A program made the translations under genes and the position numbers. From positions 1 through 64,000 of the forward strand of contig BAAIJX010000022.1 of assembly GCA_054600435.1 (NCBI GenBank): DNA of 64,000 bases, in the 5' to 3' direction. This DNA comes from Neophaeotheca triangularis (taxonomy: Eukaryota). Every line of letters starts with the position of its first letter. Within the stretch, counting starts at the first letter, position 1. The notes beneath the pieces were generated by a model. The model ran no database searches, was not told the origin of the DNA, and worked only from the letters and a program-made list of their open reading frames with translations. Of this stretch, positions 11,103-23,618 are shown piece after piece.

Positions 11103-14100
11103 CTATATAGTCGCTTCTTCTACTTAGCGCGTTAGCGCGCCTATTGTCTTTTCTAGGAGTAGAAACTATGTCGAACTTATATTGTCTAAGTAGCTCTAAC
11201 TATCTATATTATTAGCATAATAGTTCCTTAGTAGTTATGAAGTATTATAGGTTCTTGTAATCTAAGTAAATAGTTAGTCTAGTTACTCCTTTACAGTATA
11301 CTCTCTAGTATTATAATACTATAATGATTATAAGTAGTTCTTTATTATAGATCTCGTAATTCTATTCTACTAGTAACATCTTCCTTAAGAAGTAAGCGAT
11401 AGGGTGTCGTTTACTTTTAACCTCCTACATAAGGTAAGCTCCTATCACTCTATTAGAGGTATTAGTTTCGATTTAGATAGGTCTCTTAGGGTTAAACATC
11501 CTAAGTATAGGGGTAGTTATACATAACTCCTTAAGCTTATTAAAGGATTATTATTAAATCTTTCCCTATACAAATAGTGTGTCCTTCTCTATAAGGTTAG
11601 TTAAAGATATAGCGAGCCTTAAGTAATCCTTTACGAATTTCTAATTGTAGTTAGCTAGTCTAAGGAATGCTTAGATGTCCTTAACTAACTTAGGTATTAG
11701 CTATTCCTCGATTAATTAAGTTTTCTTTAGGTCTATTCGAATCCTAGTAGTACTAATTATAAAGTCTAGAAAGTCGACCTCCTTCTTATAGAACTCATAT
11801 TTCTCTAGTACTATCCTAAAGTCTACTTTATTAAGTCGTTCGAATATGGCATATATATCCTTAGTATACTATTCTCGTAATCCTTTTATGAAGACCAATA
11901 TATCGTTAATATAAGTGATAATAGTAATGTTAAGTAGGTCTTATAGGATGTCGTTAACGAGTTGTTAATAGGTTACTAAGGTGTTCGTAAGTCCTATAGA
12001 TATAACCTGAAATTCATAAAGTCTATAGCATATTTAAAAAGCTGTTTTCTACTCTTCCCCCCTTACTATTCTAACTAAATAGAATGTATCTTAGAGATCG
12101 ATCTTAGTGAACTAGTATAAACTAGTAAGTCGATCCCTTATCTCATTAATGTTAGGTAGTAGATAACGGTTCTTTATAGTGATCGCATTAAGTCATCTAA
12201 AATCAATAACTTTTCGTAGTTTTCCTCCTTTCTTTAGAACGAAAAATAGTAGTGAAGTAGCTAATGAAGTAGAGAGTCAAATCTATCCTTTCTTTATTTT
12301 CTTATCTAGCTATTATCATTACTCTTTAAGCTCTTTTTTGGATAGCATATAAAGTAGCCCCTATAGTATCTTTATACTAGGCTAAATGTTGATTTAGTAG
12401 TCCTATAGTTAATGTCTAGGTAGAGTAGCTACTCCTTCCTCTTTCTAGAAAAGATGCTTCTATTTTCTAAATTCTCTAGGGATATCTAAAGGTATGTAAC
12501 TTCCTTCCTTAACTCTTACTTATTAGTCTATTTAGACTAGTTTAGTACCTATAGAGTCTAATCTAATTCATATTAGTATTGTAGTCAATTAGCGATATGT
12601 TTCATTAATCTACCTTCTCTTATCTACTATTAATTACTACTAGTATATAGGGTAAGCTGTAGTAACATAACTATACCTATCGAATATAAGTACTCGTTTT
12701 CTCTAATCCACTATAGGATTATGTCGTTCTAACTAAGGAGTGCCTAGAATAATGTCATGTCTAGCTATAGGCATAATATCTAGGATAATTTACTCATGAT
12801 ACTTTTAGAAGACAAGTAGTAGTAGTACTATTTCGCTATCTATATCAGGTAGTGATAAGCTATCTATAGCTATTAGTTTATACCTACTATCTGTTTTCTT
12901 CTAGGTAGCTAGCCTATACTAATGTATAAAGGTTTCTAAGATAAAGTTTCTACTAGCTCCGGAATCTATTATAATAAGGGTTTTGTATCTATTAATAGTA
13001 CATGTTGTTCGGAAGACTATTCCTAATACTATTTCATGTTAAGCATTTATGTTATTTAGTTCCTAATACTCGCTCTTAGCGATAGGTCCTATTCATTTTT
13101 TAAGAAGTAGGTATATAAATCTACTATCTCGAGAGACACTTCCTAGTAAAGGGGTCTATCTTAGGGTCTAATCGTGACTTTTCCTTAGATTGTATATATA
13201 GTGATCGATCCTTATATAGTTACTCTAATATGTCTAAGAATCATCTTTTAGTTAACTAGTAGTAGAAATTTTTCGCATAGTATTATCATCTATTAGTCTA
13301 AGGAATTCTATACTTATTTCTTCATTTCTTAAAGTATGATTTCTTCTTCTCTCTATTACTCCTAGATGAGCTAGAATTCTCTATAATGATTCTTGATTGT
13401 CTTAACTCGCTATCTTATAGAATGTAGGATTTATATCCTATCTAGTATAATATAGCTGTTTTCTCTATAGAAAGTGCTTCCTATTAGTAGCCTATCCTAG
13501 ATAAAGGTAGTAGTATTATACTTAATAGCGACCTTTTAGTAGTCCTAGAACATTACTCGTAGTTATATAAGTATAGCTTCGAATTAGTTAGGTTCTAGGC
13601 GTCGCTTACCTTAGATCATTAGGAATACTTCTTCATATAATTATGTAATGTAAATACCTATTTTCTTGATCAGGTTTAGTCTATGTATAATGAATTCTAT
13701 TATGTCGTTATTATCTAGTTCTTTATCGTTAGTATAATTATATTTAGAGTTATCTTTAGAATCTATTACTATTATATCCTCTTATAATTCTAGAATCTCT
13801 AGAGACATTAATAGTCTTAAAGGGCTAATCTCTAGTGTTAGTATAATCGTAGTGAGTTCTAGTGTCTAAGATATATCTTCGTTGTCTAAGTTAGGTATTA
13901 GTAGTGCTATTATTAGTAATAGTGCTCAGTTTTCTTATAGTTTGTCGTCTTCCTATATAAATAGAGATAGGGACCTTCCTTAGGCTATATTGCTATTATC
14001 CCTTAACTACTATAGTGGTTAGCGTCTTGACATTATGTTAAGTTCCTTCTAAGGCTTATATAGTTACTTAGATTCCTTCTCTATTATAGCCTTAATCCTA

Positions 14101-15762
14101 TTATTTAGATCTACTAATTAATTAGCTACTTAGATCATAAGGTTAAAGTGTTCTTTAGTCTATTCCTTATAACTAACTAAGTCATTATGAAACTCCCTAA
14201 GTTTCTAGTATTACTCGATTAGCGGGTCCGTTCTAGACTTTAAGGTAACTTATTTAATAATGTTTACTTCCTTCTAAGGTCTAATAGGTATTCTATTAGT
14301 TACTAGTCCCTTAACTTTTATATACTAAATAGTAATCCCTCTTATAAAACCTCTAGTAAAGTTCGTCATGTTCTGGTTTTTCGTAGGTTCTAGTAATGTC
14401 GTAAGCTCTATAGCTCTTATTAGTAGGAGAGTCGTTATCCTATTAGGTTAAAATCGTATTAACCTCCTATCGTAGGCATATCTGTTTCCTATAGTAGTCT
14501 TGTATATAGTACCCTATCTTGTAGTAGTTATAGTATTCTAGTCTGTTCCGTTTCTTACCTAGGATGTTCTATTTGCCCTATCCTCTATCCCTACCTTTCC
14601 TAGGATACTATTATATAGAGTCGAGTTCTATTGTATTAGGATCGTGACATTACTAACTAATAGGCTAGCTACTAGTAGTATAGCTAGTTTATCTATGAAA
14701 TTGTCTAGTATAGCGTTTTTCTATAAACCGTTTATAGAGAGTATTATTAACCTTAATCGCTAATTTAATCATACTAGGGAGAGTTAACTAATCGCCTCTA
14801 TAGTATATAAGTTCGTCCTTTATGTTGTCCTTAAGTCCTTAGTAGTATATAGTCATAAGAGCATTATTATCCTAGTTAGTCTTAGCTAAGTACTCCTAAA
14901 ACTTAGTAGTATACTAAGAGGTAGATGTTTTCTATATAAGGTACTAAATCATTTAGATAGCAACTTACTAATTATTGCTCAATCTATAGATGTTATAGAT
15001 AACCTTAATAAAAGACTTCTAGTTTGAGAATAGTCCTTTAGGGTTAATTCATTCTATAAGGAAATCTATAAGCTTTAGGTAGATCTAGTATTAAGCTTTT
15101 ACTCGAAGGAAAGAAGTAGTAGTAAGAGGTTACTTCTACTTACTAACACTTTCTATGAGAAAGAACATCATCATCTAGTTAACCTAGTCGTCTAGCTTGT
15201 TACATTCGCTATAGAAGTAGTCTAGTTTAGTAATCTTATTAGTAGCTATAGTCGATACTCCTCATTAGGTACTAGCGACGCTTATGTCTTAGTTATTAGA
15301 TAGGGATATACTTACCTATTAATCTCTCTTTCCTAGAGAGTATTTAAAGTGTTATAATCCTATAAGGTAGTCTTATAGGTAGAGCTTATAGTAGAAGAGG
15401 AGAGATATTAAAGAAGGCTAGTAGGGGTGTTTCCTTTATCATAAGGATTTTAAAGATACATAAAGTATTGCTATAGACCTTTTAGTAAGATTATAACATG
15501 AGTTGAACACAAATCTCTATCTAGGAAACATTACTAGTTAAATACAAAAGAGATTCGTGTCTCTAATCGCTATAATCTGTTGATCTATAGTGCTCCGTTA
15601 CCGAGTACCCTATATACTCTATATGCTCTATTGTAGGTACTCTATATGCTCTGTTCTAGTATGCTCTATATACTCTATGTGCTCTATATGCTCTATCACA
15701 TGATTAGGGCATACGACTTGTGCTCTGTCGTAGGTCGGTAGTCGTGGGGTATGTCCGTAACA
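11103..15762 (-). mobile_element. Older, very heavily RIP-mutated copy C of the same chromovirus (5' LTR, gag, PR, RT, RNase H; IN and 3' LTR missing)
   Basis: Reverse-complement colinear with A1 ~3930-8390 with many more TpA changes. LTR 15350-15762 shares R/U5 but has a different U3. Confidence 0.92.
15350..15762 (-). repeat. 5' LTR of copy C (type C U3 with GTGCTCT-like repeats)
   Basis: TGTTACGG start on the minus strand at 15762; 15350-15559 matches the shared R/U5; 15560-15754 is unrelated to type A or B U3. Confidence 0.88.
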
Positions 15763-15970
15763 TAGCGCTTATAGCTACTTTAAGTACTATATACGACGCC
15801 ATAACCCTAAAGACGTAGTGATGTCAATGTGCCGACTCGATTTGAGACGGGAGATGTTAATAGTAACGTTTTCGTTATAGAGATGTTAATGTTAAAAGTC
15901 AATGTCAAATTCAAAATGTCTCGTTAATAATCCGCATCAGCGGAGCTCTAACACATATCTTCTCTATTCA

Positions 15971-18900
15971 TTAGCGTAGTCTACCTTTACCTTTATTACT
16001 ACTATTCCCCCCCTCAAATCTCCCCTCAACCTCAGAAAACCCCCCCTCGACACCCCTGCCATCCCTGCCGACAACCTTACTTTCCTCCTCAGCAAGACTA
16101 AGCTGCATCGCAAACTCCAAGTCACTCATTTCACGCTCGTTGCTGGCGCCGGCAATCGGCATTGACGGCGGCAGTGTCACATTAGCCTTCCCTGGCGAGC
16201 CGCGTCGTCCTTTGCCCTTAGCCTGTCGGATAGGGATCTCATGTCCCCCGCCTTGCTCAGCAGCGAGACTGAGACGGATAGCCTCGGCGACATCAGCGTC
16301 ATACTCGTCGTCAGATTTGGGAGCCAGACTCGCGGGGCTGGTTATGTGAGGTGAGAGACTGCCGGTCGGGGTAGCGGTGTCGCTGGACCAGATGCTGGAG
16401 TCTCTGGCGCTGCTGTCAGCGACAGCCGTACTGATATTTGCGCTGGTGTCCGATGCGCGACGCTTCAAGTCCTGCTCGTGGGCTTCTTGGGACAGCATGG
16501 AAGCATAGGCGACCATTTCCTCCTCACTAACATCATTTCCTAAAAGCTCAGTACCGTAGCGGCCGGCGAGACGCTGGGCTTCTTTGTGACGCTGCTCTTT
16601 CTCGCGGTCGAGCTCGAAACGCTCATTGTCTATGTAGTTTTTGAGATTGCTACGCGTGGCGCCGGAAAAGCGTTCGCCGCCATTATTGCTACCGCGTTCG
16701 GAGCGGCGGAGACGGCGTTTGTGGGATTTGTATTGGTCGGCGGCAGAGGAGCTGTAGTGCCAGTAGCGGAGATGAGTGCCGAGAGAGACCATCCCTCGGA
16801 GGACGGTCGGGTCCGGGTCGAGGCAGATGGCGCCAGCTGCGAAAAGATTGATACCAACACCTTGGGGTGAGGCTTGCGCTTGAACGAGTCGGCGGCGTGC
16901 TCGCGACGAGAAGCGCGAATTTAGAGTTCGAATGGGCTGGGAAGTGGACGCTAATAGATCCCAGGCTTGCACGAGGCCGTCGTTGCCGCCGTGAACGAGG
17001 TATAGAGAAGATAGCGCAAGGCTAGAGATCTGAGGCGAGTCGGTGTAGATGATGCGAATAGGCTCTACAACGTTGGTGTTCTCCGCCGTTTTCGAAACCG
17101 GGGCGCGCATGTTCCAGAGCGCAACAGTGCCAGTGTCCGTACCGATGGCGACTAATCGAGCCCTCTGACCTGGTATGTCCTCGGGGTTAGCAACAGCCTC
17201 GGAAGGAGACATGGGCGTAAGCCAAGGGGAAGAGGTTGTCGAGCGTCCAGAGAAGCTGAGCAGCGGGTCTTCCGACGAAGTCTGCGTCGCATAGGTGCAG
17301 CTGTCAACCGCGGTGGCCAGAATCTGAGCAGCTCTCGACCCACCAAAAGAGAAGTTGGACGAACGCCATTCTTCAATGGTAGGCCTTGGTGTCGCAGCTC
17401 CTTCAAGACCTTCTTCGGATAGCGAGGTTTGGAGGCTCTCAAACGAAAAAGAGGGAGCGGAATGCTGAGCGGACGCGGAACTGGGGGATGTAGCGCCTCC
17501 AAAAAGCGACGGCGGCGAGGCTGAAGGCTTGCTGTTCAAAGTTGTTGCCGGAGGCGACGCTTTCTCGATAGATCCTGGCCGATCCTGGAATCTGCAACGA
17601 GTGTATCGCTTGGCAGAAGCAGTGCTTTCCTCAGTGACACCACAGTCGAACACCACTGCCGCCTCCCCAGCGTTGGCTTCGTCATCCCCAGCAAAGTCGA
17701 CCTCAAGCTTTCTCTGCATATCCCATCCTTCACAAGCCTTCTGAAAGTCAAAAGGCTTGCGAGCGACAAAAGCCTCGATTTCGCGGGTCTCGGCCGCGAC
17801 TTGCTCTTTGCTGAGGCACATGCCGTTCCACGAGGACCGTGGTGAGTAGCTGCCATCAACACGCGAGTCGGCATAAGGATCAGGTTTCGCAACACGGCGA
17901 CTAGGCTCGACGATGTTCCAATAGACGCTGCGGCCGGTGAGCCAGGCATTGCGCTCAATGCCTTCGTCGTCAAGACGGCCCGTACGCTCGGCGGTGACTC
18001 TTTTCGGGAACTTGGTCAGGTAGAAAATTTCGCCGAGAGCGTTCAACACGACAGCCCATATGCGATTCTGAGCCTGTCGTTTGAGGCTGTGCTCATTGTC
18101 CACTGCAATAGCAATCAGCGGCACACCTGGGCTGAGCACCCACCGAGCAGTCATCTCGCCGCGACCGAAGCGCTGCTCACGGCTATTGGCGTTGCCCGAG
18201 GACCCTAGACTGTATGCCGTCAAGACACCCAAAGAAGATCCAGAGAGAATGCCAATCAAGCCTTCGGTGAGGGATGGAACAGCCGCAGATTTCGCAATCC
18301 AGATGGAACAAACAGCCTCCTGAGTAGAAGCGATCCTGGGGATACCAAGAGCAGGCACAGACATGGCAGAAGAAAACTGCAAGAAGCGTCCGCGCATCTC
18401 CTCAGTTGAGCGGTAGTAAACCATGCCACCAGGGGAGCCTTCTCCATGCACCATGCCATAAGGCTGACTAACGTCCATGACATTGGGCACCCCGACTACT
18501 TCGCCCGGGCCGAGCCCATATTGAGCATCGCCGGGAAAGCGCTCGGCAAATTGCAAAAAGAATTGCGGATCGGTTTGGCCCCAGTTGTCAGCCTTGGTCG
18601 CAGTGGGGTCACTGAGGGAAGCAGTGCCGACATCATCAGCGCCGTGGATGAACTTGGGGAGGCGCTTGTTCAAGCCAGAGCCAAAAGTCGCATGAATGTG
18701 GTTGACCGTCGTGAAGAGTTGGGAGCTGTAGGTCACGACTGGGTTCGCGACATGGCTGCGGCCATTGCGTGTAGAGCTTGGCGAAGCGATCATCTGGACG
18801 GGTTTGCCGCGTTCCAAAGAGCGAAGCAAGCGCGTGCGCATGATGTATTCGCTTCTCCACGACGCGAGAGGGGTGAGTCGCGTAAAAGCGCGTCGCTCGG

Positions 18901-19605
18901 AGCGTACTACCGCTTGCGCTTTTTCATCGTCAGCCGCGTCCAGGGCGTTGATTGAGTCCGGGCCAGGAAAGTAGCGCGAGAAAGCACTTCTCCAAGCATG
19001 AGGCTCTGTGACCAAATCATGGAAGCGCTTCGAGACTAAGGCCACGGACGTCAAATCGGTAGGGAAAAGGTGAGCTAGAGCGTGTGTCAAGACCTCTGCG
19101 CAGCAATGTCAGCAAAATGCTCATCTCCCAAACTCGTCTTGCGCGTATGTTGGCACCAACCATTTGGCATCTCAGCGATAGGCGACCTCTTGTCATTGGG
19201 ACTGCGCTGCTTCTTGATAACCTCAAAACCCAGAGCCTCCATCTTCTTGGGCGTTGAAGCCTTCTTCTCATACTCGTCGATGCGGTTCCTAGCCGGAGGC
19301 GAAGGAGTGCTGCGAGAAGTATTCAATCCTCCGACCTGAGCAGCCCCCAGCTCGCCACCGCGCCGTGACTGCTGCTGCTGCTGCTCCTGCAGGCGGGCAG
19401 CGAGCTCGGCGTCACGGGCGACCTGGTCACGGCTGGCAGAACCGGACGACAGTCCGCCCTCAGCAGCGTCGTTGATTGCTGCTGCCGACGGGGGAATGTC
19501 GTCGGCTGGATGGTGTTGAAGGCCATGTTGGTGGTTGGGTTCGGGTTCGCGGGTGGAAGTGTGGGTGGTCGCTGTTGGGGATACCTCAGGTACTTCCGGT
19601 TGCAT
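15971..19605 (-). CDS. F-box / WD40-like / UIM protein (Pof10-like); intron 19096-19160
   Basis: Splicing GT..GCTGAC..CAG restores the F-box MPNEVLTHALAHL; VHGGNDGLVQAWD WD-like repeat; C-terminal UIM-like DLEFAMQLSLAEE. Confidence 0.85.
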
Positions 19606-20059
19606 AAAAGGGTCTTGGGTGGGAGGTTGGAGTGTGGGTTGACTGAGCCAGATGGAATGGTTCAGTCGTTGCGCTTCAGTGTGCGTGGGGCGAGCGAGTG
19701 GTTGGTCTTCTTCTTTGTTCTGCTGAGGGAGAAGAAGGGTGATGTGACGTGTTCGCCGCCCGCGTTGAAGCTGAGTTGTTATGCCAAGCCTAAATCGGAT
19801 ATCTTATCGGGTAGAGATCGATTGTCGGATGTAACTATAGTGGTTGATGAGGAAAGCTCAAGTCTCGGCCGAAATCCAGGGTATAAAGGCAGAGTACCTA
19901 ATTATAAGCATTCGAAGGTAGTCCACCCTCGTTTCACAAGCACAGAATTAAGAGTTTACGTTAATGGCTTGATTGACTTGATTAATAGCATGACCACACT
20001 CTATTCTACACTACACACGCTCTCACCCACTCTATTCTACACAACACACCCTCCCATCC

Positions 20060-22861
20060 CTACGGAACATACAACCGCGAATAAGCAGCCACATCCGTGC
20101 GACAGCAAATACACTTTGTATGATTCCTCGCGGCCAACCCCAACCGACACTCATCGCAAACGCTCAAACACCCACAGGGCCAAATCAGAATCGTCCTCGG
20201 CACAGACTGACAAACGACACACTGCGGGCCACTCTCTCCCATCCCAGCAGCGCCATCCTTCCAAGTCTGTGCTTCGGTTTGCCGAGCTTCACGGCGGCGG
20301 GAAAGAATGAACCATTCGAGCGCTTGCTCGTCGCGGTCGTCGTCGGTGAGTGGTGTGGCAGAGTCTTTGAAGACGAGACGGCTACGGTCGAGGTTTGTAG
20401 AGCGTCGGAAGTGATTGCGTGTCATGGGTCGGTCGGCTCGCAAGCTGTAGGACAGGAGACGCGCTTCTTCGCGGTCTTCGACCGATTGCGGGTCTAGGAG
20501 ACGAGAGATCTCGCTGACGTTCAGCCCACCGTCTATTGAAGGTGTGGTTTCACGGCTCCTGTCGCCGAGAGGATCGAGCTGCGTTGGGGTTCTGTTGCCA
20601 CTGTCGGATCGCTCGTCGTCATCTACAGCACTTGCGTTCGTCGACATGGACATTATGCTCGTGGTGTCGTCGTCCATTTCTCGTAATTCGTAAGCCCCGC
20701 TCTCATCCAAGTCGCCGAACCAGCCACCTCCGCGCCACCAACCGTAGAGGTGCTCGCTCAGAGTTTCGTCGTCGTGGGGACTGCCAAAGGCTTTTAGACG
20801 ACGTCGTGTCTCAACTTCTACGTCGATGTTGTGGTCTTTGGGGACAGTGAGTTGACCATCTGCTCCTAGCATCCAGAACTCGCGAGGTCCATTCCGATCT
20901 GGGGAGCCCGCTGGCGATATGCGGCGACGGGACGCACTTCTGGCAGCCTTACGCAGCCACCCTGGAGGGTTGCGAAGGCCGACTTTAGCGAGCGTGCTGA
21001 CGACTAGGCGAGCGTACAGGTTCGTGAGAAGCCAGAAGATACCTTCCAAGAAGTCAAAGGTCAGGTGCATGCGGCCTCGCCGCTCGGCAATGCCCAATCC
21101 CGTGTCCGAGCCTTGTCCGCCTTCACCTTCGCCTTCCGTGCTCCTGGACTTTCGCTCTCGAGCATAGGGCGATTTACCCATGCCATGCTGCTGCTTGTCT
21201 TCAAACTCCATCCCCCTTGCTATGTCTTGGCCGAGCAATCGACCGGGTACAACAGCGCGATACTCTTCAATTTCGCCAATCAGCTCGTCTATTCGCTTGC
21301 GTTCCAGCCATGTCATCTCAGCGACGCTGATGTTACTACCTTCATTCAGGTAGACAGCCTCGCTAGCTGCGGTTAGGATGTTGAACCCAGCTCGGAGTAG
21401 CGATGTGTAGAAATCTTCGGAGAGTCTGATGCGGATGGCAGAGCTGTCGGAGAATTGCACGTTGGCCTGTAGGTTGCCATATGCCCATCCGAAACGTCGA
21501 CGAAGCGACCATCCTGCGCCCACTTCTTCGGGTACCGAGAAAGCTGTCAAGATGAGACCAATACTGTAGATGGCGCCGCAGATGAGGATGCCAAAGAGGA
21601 TAAGGATATGAGGGACGAAGCCAATGATACAGACGGTAGGGAAGCGGAGAACTCCCAGATCAGAGGGCGTGTCGATAGGGTGTGTGAAGACTCGTGCAAT
21701 AGTCCAGAGAAATGCGGACATGTAGCAGCAACCCCAGATGCCAGTGTTGATGAGCCGTACTTTGTTGCGCAACCCAGTGACGGCTAGGATGGCGCTGCTT
21801 ATGTGGCTGAAGCAGGAAATGAGGCATACGAGCAGAACTTCTGGGGGTACGTTCAGCCGTTGAAGCACATCTCCACGAGTGTAGGCAGGACCCGTCTTGT
21901 CCGTGCTGCTGAAAGAGCTAGTGGAACTGGAGGGGCCAAACAGTCCGAAGCCGAGAGAGCTGCTGATCATAGCCTCGCACTCCGCGAATGCCAAAGAATG
22001 TTCGAAAAGCGTCATGGATGTCTCTGCTTGAACGGTCCTCCCTTCTAGGGAACTTGCCAGGGTCTCGAATAGCTGACTTGTGCACAGCGTCAAGAAGAAA
22101 CGAAAGAGGATCGACATGGTCCCGTGCAGATTGCTCTTATCCTCCATCCCAACCAACGACATGTTCTTCGCCTGACAGCAGCTGTCGTCGTCTTGCCAGA
22201 AGAGCAGAGTGGAGCTCAGCCAATACAAGAAGCCACCTTCTCCGCCATAGTCTAGGGCAAGATACTTGAGTGGATCACCGTATCTCAGCAACGAAAAGTC
22301 CGGACTAGTCTGACATTTCATGGCCTGGAGAACGCTGATCGTTTGCCCGGCGAGAAGCGCAAGGGGTATAGCGTAGATGACCAAGCGGACGTGTGCCTGC
22401 AGGTGAATCGGCTGCCGGGAAGAGGCGTAGAATTGTGTCCGATTGAGGAAGAGCGCGACGCCAAAGGTAGCCAGAGCCCATTTTGATGTCATGTATCCAA
22501 AGACTCCTCCAAAGCTCTTCAGCCTCCACGCCCATTGCACCGCCGTTGCGAGCATGCCATCCGATACGTCTCCAGCTCCTGATTGACTGAAACCTTCCCT
22601 CATTGCTGCCTCGACCCCTCCCGCGGTTGTGCTTTGCGCGATGTGAGCGCTTGCGTTGGTGATGGTCGAGTTGATTCCTTGCGATCCCGTGGCGTCGGCG
22701 ATGATGCTGCCACTGCTGAACATCTTGTGAGCGAAGCTATCCACGGCGTTGGGCATGTGATCGAAAGCGAAAGCATTGGCGTGTTGGGCGAAGCGAGAGA
22801 AGAAATCCATGATGCCGAGTGAGGAGTTGGCGGCGCCGCCGCTGTATGTTGCAGGTTCCAT
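20060..22861 (-). CDS. Multi-TM membrane RING ubiquitin ligase, Asi1/Asi3-like
   Basis: Long open frame (first ATG 22861) with several hydrophobic segments and a C-terminal CVVC...WPCGCLSVCDEC...CICC RING. Confidence 0.85.
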   Translation of the reverse strand: MEPATYSGGAANSSLGIMDFFSRFAQHANAFAFDHMPNAVDSFAHKMFSSGSIIADATGSQGINSTITNASAHIAQSTTAGGVEAAMREGFSQSGAGDVSDGMLATAVQWAWRLKSFGGVFGYMTSKWALATFGVALFLNRTQFYASSRQPIHLQAHVRLVIYAIPLALLAGQTISVLQAMKCQTSPDFSLLRYGDPLKYLALDYGGEGGFLYWLSSTLLFWQDDDSCCQAKNMSLVGMEDKSNLHGTMSILFRFFLTLCTSQLFETLASSLEGRTVQAETSMTLFEHSLAFAECEAMISSSLGFGLFGPSSSTSSFSSTDKTGPAYTRGDVLQRLNVPPEVLLVCLISCFSHISSAILAVTGLRNKVRLINTGIWGCCYMSAFLWTIARVFTHPIDTPSDLGVLRFPTVCIIGFVPHILILFGILICGAIYSIGLILTAFSVPEEVGAGWSLRRRFGWAYGNLQANVQFSDSSAIRIRLSEDFYTSLLRAGFNILTAASEAVYLNEGSNISVAEMTWLERKRIDELIGEIEEYRAVVPGRLLGQDIARGMEFEDKQQHGMGKSPYARERKSRSTEGEGEGGQGSDTGLGIAERRGRMHLTFDFLEGIFWLLTNLYARLVVSTLAKVGLRNPPGWLRKAARSASRRRISPAGSPDRNGPREFWMLGADGQLTVPKDHNIDVEVETRRRLKAFGSPHDDETLSEHLYGWWRGGGWFGDLDESGAYELREMDDDTTSIMSMSTNASAVDDDERSDSGNRTPTQLDPLGDRSRETTPSIDGGLNVSEISRLLDPQSVEDREEARLLSYSLRADRPMTRNHFRRSTNLDRSRLVFKDSATPLTDDDRDEQALEWFILSRRREARQTEAQTWKDGAAGMGESGPQCVVCQSVPRTILIWPCGCLSVCDECRLGLAARNHTKCICCRTDVAAYSRLYVP

Positions 22862-23618
22862 GGCCTGGCAAACGGAGACCTTGGTAGTGTCTGAGACCAG
22901 GTGCTGCTGCCTCTTTCCACCCTCAAAGGAAGCCCCACGGGAAGGGATGTTTGGTGTCACGTAGTAGGCTCTATCTTTCCCGGAGATTCTTGGGGAGCAT
23001 GCTCGGTCTGGCGTTGTCCAGTCTCGTCATGGTCAGGTAGATGCTTGGCGGTGTTCGTGGCTCGATTCGCACGGTTAAGGTTCAAATCTCCATGGTAACA
23101 GTGATAAGGTAGATGTCAACTTGGGAAGTGTGAGGAGTGGTAGGTACAGTACCTAGGAGGTAGGTAGGCAGGCAGGCAAGGTCAGGTAAGGTACAGACCC
23201 TGTAGGTGTAGAGAGCTCTAGGGTCGAAACCCTAACCCTACTAAACATCCATTCACCTCTTCCCGTCCATGCCATCCTATGGTCTTCATCTCACACTTTG
23301 ACGCACACGACCCCATCAGTGGAATGTTCAATCTAATCTGTTTGACCGAACCGCGCTGCTTGCCCGCTTCTTTCGCATTTGAGTCGATCTGGTGCAGGAC
23401 TCTTGCTGTTCAATAATGGTATAGACACGGGAAGCGGGGTTACATACCACCTAGGTATATAGAGGAAAGGTGAAAGCCTTCAGTACCCGACTGCTGCACT
23501 ACAGCCTTCGCAGTACTGAGCTACCCACCTACCTTACCGTATAAGGTATCCTACAACCACCCACCTACCTAGCCTACCTGGTAATTACTTGTACGTGCAA
23601 GTCTGCTATGCATGCGGC

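Noticed and set aside
19510..20310. 266-aa plus-strand ORF and the many other short track ORFs overlapping real genes
   Set aside because: Shadow frames antisense to or out of frame with well-supported genes; no motifs.
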